A DNA stretch of 64,000 nt from Moniliella sp. 'wahieum' (Eukaryota): contig RSEE01000051.1 in assembly GCA_003971905.1 (NCBI GenBank), positions 62,001 through 126,000 of the forward strand, written 5' to 3'. The position numbers and the translations under genes were made by a program. Below the pieces are notes generated by a model. That model had not been told where the DNA came from. It saw only the letters and a program-made list of their open reading frames with translations, and searched no databases. Shown one piece after another: positions 12,901 through 23,031 of this stretch (its first letter is position 1; every line of letters begins with the position of its first letter).

Positions 12901-14242
12901 GAGGAGAGGATGGCAATGAGAGGGGTTGGAGGCCTCTGATGAAGCAGAACCTCGGGCTGCTCTGGGCCATGGTTGGCTAGGCGAATGGGCGGGAGGCCAT
13001 GATGCGAATCGGACAAGATAAAAAGATAAAACGTGGCAGGGATGGAGGAAAAGGCTGAAGTAGCCCGTCCAAGCAGAGGTGACGGGCCACGGGACTTTTT
13101 GATGGTTGCCTGCCCATCCTCCAAGTTCACGTGGTGGGTTTGGGAGAGATCCGGGACGCGGGAGACAAGAACAACAGTGGGCTGCTGGGTAGAGCAGGAG
13201 ATGGGGCAGGCAGGAAAGGGGATACTGACCGTCCAGAGAGGCTCTTGGTCACAGCGGGCCACAGCCAAAAAGCGTCTGTCATGCGCATGACCCCGGGCCG
13301 ACGGATGGGAAAATTGAAGGGAGGTGTTCCATGTGAGGTTGGAAGGGACAGGGGCGTCAAAGCCGATGGATGAGAGGCGCTCACGGTGCGCAGTCAGCGC
13401 GTCCACCATGAGAGTGTGGTCCAACAGAGGATACGGATGGAGCGTTAGACTGCCATTGCATGTAGCCGTGGGATTGAGTTCATCTTCATTTTCCTCCTTT
13501 GGATCGACGACGCAAAACGTATCCGGAGCAAAGAGGAGCGCTCCTTGGGCCGACTCGGGAATAGTATTGGGTGTCGGCGGCGCCGAGGAAGCGCTTAGCA
13601 AACTCGACGAACGGGCTTGGTCCGAGTCACGGACGGCTCGGAGAGCGTCAGCGAGCAAATCCGAATCGAGGGCAGCAATATCGCGGTCAGAGTCCAGACC
13701 AAGGCTGGCGAACCCGCCGAGGAGCCCCGAGGGAGAGGACAAGGGACCACTACTACGAGCATGGGGGCGTGGTTGCGAGGGGAAGGGGGTGGGTTGGTGC
13801 GATGGGGAAAGACGGGTGCAGTTACGGCGCAGGTGCCGGGCAAACGAGTCTTCGATGTCGTCCACGGTGGCTGCGGGTGGGAGCAAGGCGGTGGTGGGAG
13901 GGTCGGGGGCAAGGGAGCGGCCCGGGCGGGGGGGTTAGATGCGTTGGCGGGGGGCGTGGTGGTGGTGGTGGGGGGAGTGGGAGAGAGAGGGTGTGCGGGA
14001 GAGGCGGGAGGGGGGGGGAGGCGCGGGGGGTTGGTGGAGGAGGCGGAGGCGGGCGCAGGGGCGCGGGGGAGGAGGGTGGCGAGGACGTGGGTGCGCTTGT
14101 GGGAGGAGAGGAGGCCGAGCGTGATCGAGGAGCGATGGCGGAGGGGCGGGGCGATCTGGTGGGGGGGGGGGGAGGAGGAGGGGGAGGCGAGCAGCGGCGG
14201 CGGCGGCAGAGGCAGGGGCAGGAGCGGCAGGGGCAGCGGCAT
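10000..14242 (-). CDS. Large hypothetical Pro/Ser-rich protein (frameshifted; 3' end uncertain)
   Basis: Overlapping long minus ORFs 13595-14329, 12687-13886, 12089-12970, 10993-12303, 10286-11047 and 10000-10722 tile the interval. ATG of MPLPLPLL at 14242. No family recognised. Confidence 0.55.
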
Positions 14243-17200
14243 GGGCCAGCCGCTGCGTCGGCCGAGGTGGTGGTGGTGCTTCGGCCGCGGTGGGTAGCGA
14301 GCGAGGGCGCAAGGGGGGCGGAAGAGCAAGCACCACGCGTGAATGGGGAACGCAGCTGGTAGTGCCCCGCTGCCGCCGCTGCAGCTTAAAGCCTAAATGC
14401 TACCTGTGCCCCATCTCCAGCAGGGCCATCTACACTATGTTGGCGTGTACCCACCAGCCGCACAGTGGCCCCGTGCTGCGAGCGATGCTTGCTGGTTGCT
14501 AGTTGCCCGGCGCTGGTTGCTATTAGGTGCTGAGCTCTGGCGGCGGGGCAAGTGTGCTGCACGTGGCAGCCCACATGCTGCTGTGCCTGCATGTGGGGGG
14601 CTGTCACGCCATCTGCTGCTGCAGGGGGTCGTGCCAGGGCAGTGTGCTGGCGCTGGCCGCCTGGGGGGGCTGACCGTCTGCGGCGATCTCAGTGCGATGC
14701 CCCCTGGCAGCCGTGCGGCGTGGTGAGTACTGAGACTCAGTACTCAGTACGTACGTACGCAAAGTACACAGTCCTCCCGTGCTTGTACTGGGTGGCAAAT
14801 CGCGGGCGGCGGAGAAGAGCAGCCTGGGCGCACGCGAGCACCCTGGTGCACCCTGGCGCCCACCACGGCCGCCGAGCCTTCGCCAGCCCGCCGGCCGCTC
14901 TGGGCCAGTCTGTGCCCCTCGCCTGCTGCCTTGCCTGCCCCCATCTCCGGTCCCACCCTGCCTCGACACACGCCATGGCGCCCGAGCCCAAAAAACCAAG
15001 TACGCACAGAGCAACACAAGCAATACGCGCCTGTCCCTGGTTGCCAGTTACGCTGAGCTAAGCACCCCGCCACATTGTGTACTAGGGCATCGACCTTGGA
15101 TCTTATCGCCATCGCTGCTGCAAACGCCGCTCCCCAGTTACGTACGGCTGAGCTGCGCTTAGCTCAGCGGCCCAGCCCACAGGTAGCCACATGGATATTA
15201 GTCACGCGTGTCGATCATCGGTGCTTGCTGGGCGCCGCCATGCCACATGCCACCGCCGATCAGCGATCAGCACGCGTCACGCGTCACGCTGCCCCCGTAG
15301 TCCACATGTCCTCCCTGCAGGCCAGCAGCAACCCAAGTACACTGTAAACGTCCGCCCCTCCAGTCGGGTCTAGCCAGCATACGCGTCCGTACGCAGTCCA
15401 CGCTCCGCTGACCGTGTGGTGCGATCGCATCTTGGAGCCCTGCCGCTGCTGCTGCCCACCCGACTCTGCCTCGCCTCGATCGTTGCATTGCCAAGATCGT
15501 CCAACGCATGGGCCATGCAATCTCCCCACCCCGTCCGTACACCGTCCACTACCGCTTTTCAACGGGCAAACCCCCCTCTCCCACCACCCATCTCTCTCCT
15601 GCGGCAAAACGCGGACAAGAAAGAGAGAGAGAAGAGGACCTTCCTGGACCTCCTTCTTCCGTGTGATGGGGGGCCGAGAGTGCCCCAACAACCCCCATCT
15701 GTGGCAAACCTCACACTCTGTGCGCAATCGCTCGACAAGGACGGGAAACAACACCGTAGTAGCGCACCAACATGTGCTGTACCGTCTTCATCAACAGAAG
15801 AGATATCGCCATGTGCCACATCTTTTTTGTCTTATCTGATCCCATGGCCACAGGTATAGACCATGACAGCATAGACCGCCGCACGCCGGCCTCCCTATAC
15901 ACCGGCGTGGTTGCTCTGCTGTATCGCTGTACCCCCTCTTCATCCATGGTACCGGGTTACTCTGCCACCCAACTCATCGACCATCCCAGCCATAGGAGCA
16001 CGTATCTTTCGACCATGTGCCCGTAGAGGGGGGGGTCATCGAGTGCATCCTGCGTCAAAAACACACCACGGGGAGTTGCGGCCGAGCACACGGCTTTCAA
16101 TTGCGGCGGAAGCGAAGAGACCGATACGTAGGCCGCCAGCATTGGTTGGCCACGGACCGCTGTACCATGCCACTCGTCCCGGCTGCCACTCAAGTCCTCG
16201 CCTCTGCACCCACTGGCCGAAGCTCGTCAAAGCCCGGGTGACCAATGCAACGGGCAGTGAGGGCGGCAAGGCTCGCGTACCCCCTGGGAGAAGCGGTGTG
16301 TTGGCAATATGCTGAACACGTGCCAAATCAGTAGCAGGCGCAGGAGTTTTAGGAGATTGTGACGTTTGTCTCGGTAGAGTGTGTGGAACCGAAAATGCAA
16401 AAGGGGTGTTGGTGTTTTGGTCATCTGCCATCGTGAACGATATAGAGAGACGGGAAACGGGATAGGCGAAGAGCCGGGACTCGACGAGAGAGAGGGGACT
16501 TTGGATGATTCACAGCATATAACTGGCTCTGAGAGCCAAAGAGACGGACATCGTCTGCACCAAGCTTTCCGACCTGAGCGCCCTGGGCGTGGGCGCGCTC
16601 CGCGGCGTAAGAGCTACGAGCATCGCGCCAACATCCAATGGAGATGTGTGAGAAGATCTCGTTTATAGCCACTTGGGGTTTCTACTGCTTTCTTTTTCCT
16701 CAGAATGGAGTAGGACGAAGCGCGACATCAACACGCAGCTTACTAGTCCCACAGCGACTGCGAGGTTCAAGGTGATACCCATGTCGAGCGTGGCGCTTGA
16801 AGCTGAGACGCCAAAGTCGCCCATCCCCGAGACGCATAGGTATACGATAGGGTGTACGATGGGAGTTGGCACCTGAGGCAGAAGGGAGGAAGCTGCAAGA
16901 CGGGTGTACGATCGTTATACGCGGTCCACGTTACGATGGCAGATGGGCCGGCCCGCCGCGGTATGCAACAACAGTGCACAGCGACCATTAATGCAATCGT
17001 GAACGTGTGAATATGGAATCACGCGTCACGATACGCATGGACCAACCCCCCCTCAAATTATCAAAAGAGGGGCAGTGAAATCTATCTGAGGAACTGGGGC
17101 TGCAAAGAGGAGGCTTGCCAGATGGTGGGCAATTGTTCAAATGTCAAAAAGGGTCAGGAACCTCAGCTGCTGAGATGCTGAGATCTGAGATTCTGAAATC

Positions 17201-18396
17201 TGAATCTGAGAAGAGGCCAGCAAACGGGGGGGCTCGGCGGATTAAGGATTGCTGGTTGCAGTTACAGTTACCGGATTATGTCGGTTGCTAACGGGTACGG
17301 TTAGGCCTAAGGCCTTAGGCGGGAACGCGGTTAGCGTTACGTGGGTGTGCCTTGGGCGTTGGAATGTAGGTAGCCGCGTACACGTGGCGCGTGACGTGCG
17401 ACCTGCCTGTGACCGTCGATGACTCAACGTGAGTGATGCGCGTGATGAACCTTATAAACACCCTGCTGCGAAGAAGCGTCTGACGCGTCACGTGGAAGGA
17501 TCGATGTCCAGGACGAGGGGGGCGGCCGGTGCTCAGATTCACATGCCACACGAGGGGGAAGAGCAGCGAGGGTGGCGTGTGTGTGCTGTGGTGCCTGAGT
17601 GAAACTGGGGTGGTTGAACTTGTAGGTTAAACTCGGTAACAAAGTAACCGGCCATCACATCCATCATCCCTCGTGCACCATACATCACCCTCCACCCATG
17701 CCATATTCAACACGACAAGATGCTACCACAGGCTACCACCCTTAGCAATGGACATTTCAAATGATGTTGTTTTTTTTCCTTCCTGTTTTCTCCCTGCGAA
17801 GGACTCGCACGTCGGGTGGATAGCTGTGTGAACAGACCATCGCCCTCCCCTCGCTGGAGCAGTTGTCCTCCTGGACTGTGGTCTCCTTGGCCTCCTGGGA
17901 AAGGAAGACGGGGGGCATGCCGGACCAAGGGAAGCGGGAGACGACAATGAATTTCGTATACTAGAAGGTTGTATACAATGGGAGGCAACGAGTGAAAATG
18001 CTCTCTGGGGGGATATATGGATGCCTGCGGTTGTTCCTGCAGCCAAGGGCTGCGTGGGGTGAGTGTGACTGGGTTATTTAACCGGGGGGCTGGCTGGGCT
18101 GCGCCCTATGCTCCAGCACCCCGGGCCGGCTGCAACCCCCCCGATTAATTAAAAAATTGAATTGCTCGCAAGTCACAAGCACAGCGGGGTCCCTGGGCCT
18201 GCTGGGCTCCAACAGGAAAGGGCAGGGGGCGTGCTGGGCAAGGCATGCACGCTGAGGGGGAGGGCGAGGGGGACGCCGGAGGAGGCGAGGCGAGGGCGCA
18301 GAGACGCTCGCCCTCGCTCCCCTGCGACCCATCCATCCTCTTCGTCTCCCTCTGCCACCATCGCCCCCTCGCCCCCTCCCCCCTCCGCTCCTTCCC

Positions 18397-21300
18397 ATGG
18401 GCGCGCACGCCAGCAGTACCCCGCCCGCCCCGGCCCGCCTCGACCTGGCCGCCAGCAGCACCGCCGCGCCCTCCCCCCTCTCCGCCACCTCCGATCACGC
18501 CAGCCGTCTAGTCGTGCGTCGCTCTGACCGTGCGCAGCACCGCACCCCGCTCCACTCCACCTCTGTCTCCTCGTGCGACTCGGACGTCGCCTCCTTTGCC
18601 ATCTTCTCCCTCCCCCCCGCCAAGTCGATGCGCGGCCGCCCCTTGGGTCCTGCCGAGCCAGGCCTTGCCCCCCCGTCCAGCTCCACCGTAGCCGGTCGCT
18701 CCAAACGCTGCATGCGGAGCCAACACCTTCGCACTCGCCTCTCCCGCTTGCCCCTCCGCTCTTCGAGACTGCCGAGGTTGCCCAGGGCACGGTGCGCTAG
18801 TAGGCCAGCCAACGCATGCGATAGCCTCTGTCCTCGCCTCGGCGGCCAAGGCATCGTCTCCTGTTCGTCATCTCTACATTTCAGCCACCTGGGGCGCTCG
18901 CTTGCCTGAGCTGCTCGACGCTGTTCTGCCTACTCTTGCTCCCGAGCTCATTCGCTGGATGTGAGTGGGTGCGGCCTGAGCAAATGGCTGCAAGGTCTGC
19001 GCAGCTGCACCCGCCTCGAACATCTCAATTTGTCGGACAACGAGTTGCTTGGCAACCCCCTCTTGGCTGGCCGAACTCACGCAGCTTCGTCACCTCACTC
19101 TTGAAAAAGTGGGTCTGACGGAGTTGCCGACGGAATGCGTTGCGCTGCAGGCGCTCGAGTCGCTGAATTTGGTCGACAACCAGTTGGTCCAGCCTCCACG
19201 GTGGCTCTACCGACTGCCGCATCTGCGCCAATTGCGGCTTAACCGTAATCCGCTCTACAAGCCTTGGGCGGAGATGTTGGAACCGTTGCTTGACTCTTCC
19301 CTTTCCAGCTATCGAACGCAAGCCCAAGTGCGACTTCGATCTCCTTTGAGCCGTTTGAGCCGAGCCTAGTCGCAATCCAAAAACGCTTCCTACTCGAGCT
19401 CCTTTATCCCCTCTTCGCCACGCAAGCCCACTGGTCATTCGCCCTGAGCCCGCCGCGCTAATCACCAAGTCGGCACCTGCGTCCCCCGTCAAGGGCATTC
19501 GACATCCCACCCTTCCCGCCCAAATCACCTTCTGGGGGTCACCGTTGGACTACGAGATTGCGCTGGCCAAAGACCATGCGGTCCGTATCCAGTCCGACCC
19601 GTGGCTCAGCCTCTGCGACTCCTGTCCCTCCTCTGCCCCCGCGTTCTCAGCCAAGGCTAATGCGCAGGACACTGGGTGCTCTTCCCCTCGCGCTCCTTCC
19701 TGGTCCAGTTCCGGCCCGGCGTACGAGGACGCCCCCCGCTGCGCACGGAGGAAACGGCGACGGATCCGCTTCCGCTCGGACCGTTTGATCCGGGCTGGCC
19801 TGGTCTCCAATCCTCTGCGCCCGACGGCAGCCCGAGGGCGAGCAAGACCAAGACCCAATCCGTTGGTTCGGCGCAAAGAAACGCATGCGGGTCATGTTCG
19901 TTCGGTGCTGCAGTACCTTCGTGACTTGGATCAGCTGGCTGCCCATCCGGTCCCGCTACGTGCGTCGGGGACTTCGGTGCAGAAGGACACGGCGCAGGCC
20001 ACAGCATCTTCCTCGCCGACCCACCTGCCCCGCGTCGGGCTGGGCGTGGGAACGGCCAAAGTTCGTCCGGAGGTGGCTGAGCACGTGGCTATGCTGCAGC
20101 AGAGTGCGCGGGACGATCCGCGGCGCGCAAGAGGGTGGTGGCGGAACTGATTAGCTGCGGAGCAGACGTACGTCGAGGCGGGTTGGAGCCGCTGGTGGAA
20201 GTGTATGCTCGACCGTGCGTGGGCTTGGTCCCGGCCAGCCAGCACAAGGTTGTTTAGCAATGTGGAGGCGCTCTTGGCGTTCCACAAGCACGGCTTTTGC
20301 CTGCGCTCACCAAGGCCGCCCTCCCGCTGCTCAACCCGCCTGTACACGCCACGGGAGGCGAAAGCGAGCACCGACGGTCCCTCGAGGCGGCCGTGGCCGT
20401 AGCAAGGGTGTTTGTGCAGCATGCTGCCTTTTGCGCATGTACGCCGCGTACATCAACACGTGCGATGTGGCTCAGCAAATTGTTCTCAGCTGGCGCCCGG
20501 AGCCGCTGGGGCTGACCGTCGGAGCGAACGGGATGCGCAAACGGTCCCTCGGCGGCAACTTGGGACGTTCTGCCACGTTGGCCATCTCGCGCCCGGGGGC
20601 GCGGGACCCGGATGACCCGGTTGCGCAGGCACGCGCGGAGATTCCTTTGCCCAAAGGAGCGATCCAGCGGCACTTTAAGCGTGCTGCCTTGGATCCTCGT
20701 ACCAGCGCCTTGGGCTTGGAGTCGTACCTTCTCTTGCCCATCCAACGAATCCCGCGCTACCGCCTGCTTCTGGAGGAGTTGGTGCGCTGTGTGCCCGTCA
20801 CGCCCGCCTCGTCGTCCCAGGAGGAACCGCACCACGAAGTTCTGGCCCATGCGCTGGCCAGTATTCTGACCGTAGCCAAGGGCATGAACGAGGCCAAGCG
20901 TTTTGCCGAACAAGAGACACGCATGTGCGTCTGGCAAGAATACATGATGACCCATGGAATGCAATTGCCCAACGGCGCGAGCTTGGTCCAGCCCCCCGCC
21001 CCACCTACTCAAAGAAGGCACCCTTCTTCTCCACCGCCTCGTCCGCCCAGGCCAGGTCTACGTTCGCACCGCCCATGCTCCTGCTCATGCCAATGCCAAT
21101 GCTCCTGCGGCAGCGGGACGAACTGCGTCCAGTTGCCCGTCCCATGCTTCTGGCCCCCTCGCTCGATCCCATACTCTCGCCGCCCCACGTCGGCCCGGAC
21201 GCGGATCGCTCCCGATCCCGATCTTGCACCAAGACTGGGCCCAGCAATCTCTCACTGCCCTCTTGTGCAATGACCTTCTCCTCCTCCTGCACCAGCCTGC

Positions 21301-21569
21301 CTCGGGCTCGCCCCACGTCCGCGCCGCGATCGATCTGCACAGCCCAACCAAATCATGGTGGAAGGCGCGACGGTACGGTGCAGGATAGTAACCAGATCTT
21401 TTACTTGGGCGCCGCGTCGGACACGGAGGCCTTGACCTGGCTGTCTTGCTTCCGTGCTTCCGTGCATGAACCTCTTGGGTGGGAACGGCGTAAACCTACC
21501 TATGCCCAACTAACGCACCATGCCAGCGAGGCCCAGATGACCTGGCTCCTTTCGTTTCTACTGGCATAA
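18397..21569 (+). CDS. Leucine-rich repeat + RhoGEF (DH) + PH domain protein (frameshifted)
   Basis: LRRs at ~18900-19290 (LEHLNLSDNEL, LRHLTLEKVGLTELP, LESLNLVDNQL, LRQLRLNRNPL). DH motifs: AEQTYV, LFSNVEALLAFH, MYAAYIN, LESYLLLPIQRIPRYRLLLEELVR, AKGMNEAKR. PH-like: LLKEGTL, LLCNDLLLL, FYLGAASDTEALTWL. Start MGAHAS is tentative. Confidence 0.85.
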
Positions 21570-22220
21570 TATGCATGTTTTGCTCTGCCCAACCTTGCCC
21601 AACTTGTACCCTCTCTTGATTGCCACCTTGGTCTACTCTCCTTGTAACCTACCGTTTCATTGTCACCTTGGTCTCTCTTTGTCACCATGTCACCGTTCCT
21701 CATTGCCTTGTACCTTCATTTCACGAATCCATCATTTCGCTCCCCTCTTCTCTCTATCAACATAGCGGTGGATTCAGTGGTTAAAAAAGTAATAGTAGGG
21801 TAGATACGCGCATACCGTGCCGTCAGGCAGGCCGCAGTCCAAAGAACAGACAGACACAAGATCGCAAGCGTGAGGACACAAAAGAAAAAGGGGAGACTGC
21901 AACGGACAGTTGGAAAACTTAAAAGGCAAGGGGGGGAAAGACAACGGCCGATAAGAAAAGCATCAACGCGCGTCACGGGTTATCGTTGGATCCAGGTACT
22001 GCCCATGCCAAGCAAGGGCAGACTGAAAGCCAGAAGGTGGGGTTATATCAACGCAAGGTCAGGGTATGGGGGATACAGGGTGGGAGGGGGGTCACCATGC
22101 CTAGAGGCAAGGCGGTGTCGGCGGGTATGGCCTTCCTCCCACGGAGGGGAGGAACACAAGTGGCAAAGTACCGACGGGTTATCGGGGTAGCAGCGACACG
22201 CTCTGCAAGTCCAAACCGAC

Positions 22221-23031
22221 TTAGGCCGTCGCCAGGCGCAGCAGCCTCGGCCGGCTTGGGCACCTCAACAGCAGCAGCCGGCTCGGCCGGCTTGGTCTCG
22301 GCCGCCTTCTCGTCCGTCACTTCCGTCGCGGGCGCAGGCTTCTTCTGGTGCGATTCAATCTTCTCGGCGGCCTCCTCAAAGGCCTTCTTGGTGCGCTCAA
22401 AGAACGAGGTACGGAGCTTTTCACCTTGATGCTCAGACGGCGGCCCACCTTCTCCTTCTCAGGGGCAGGAGCGTCCGCCTTGGCATCCTCCGCCACCTTG
22501 ACTTCCTTCTCAGCAGGCTTCTCCTCGGCAGGCTTCTCTTCAACAGGCGTCACCTTGGGCGCCTCCTCAGCAGGCTTCTCCGTCGCGGCGGGCGTCTCTT
22601 CCTTGGGGGCCTCCTCAGTGGCGGGAGCAGCAGGCTCCTCCGTCTTGGGTGTCTCAGTCTTGGGCGTTTCCTCCTTCTTGGGCAAGGGTGCTCGGCCTTC
22701 TTCTTCTGCGCAAGGGGGGCGAGAAGACGTTGAAGGATGGAAGTACGCTTGGTCTTGACATCCGTCTTTTCCTCCTTGGCAGGCCTCGGCAGCTTCTTCA
22801 GCGGGCTTGGCCTCCTCCTCCTTGGCAGGCTCCTCAGCGGGCTTGGCCTCCTCTTCCTTGGGGGGCCTCCTCCGTCGCCGCGGGCTCCTCGGCAGCAGCA
22901 GGGGCAGGGGCAGCCGCCTCGGCGGCAGGCGCTTCGACGGCAGGCGCCTCGACGGCAGCCGGCTCGGTGGCGGCAACCTCGGTGGCAACAGGGGCCGTGG
23001 TGGCGGGGACAGTCTCAGGGGCAGCAGACAT
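22221..23031 (-). CDS. Low-complexity Ala/Glu/Pro/Lys/Thr-rich protein (frameshifted); 5'-UTR intron 23032-23093
   Basis: MSAAPETVPATTAPVATEVAATEPAAVEAP..EEAKPAEEPAKEEEAKPAEE..KEKVGRRLSIKVK..AAPGDGL region, strongly biased GAG/AAG/GCC codons, TAA at 22221-22223. GTGCGT donor at 23093, GCTAAC branch point, CAG immediately before the ATG. Confidence 0.7.

Noticed and set aside
15400..16990. Short ORFs in the intergenic tract (also 29300-31400 and 60000-61000)
   Set aside because: No recognisable motifs, codon bias or consistent splice model; no CAAX pheromone-like ORF found by eye.
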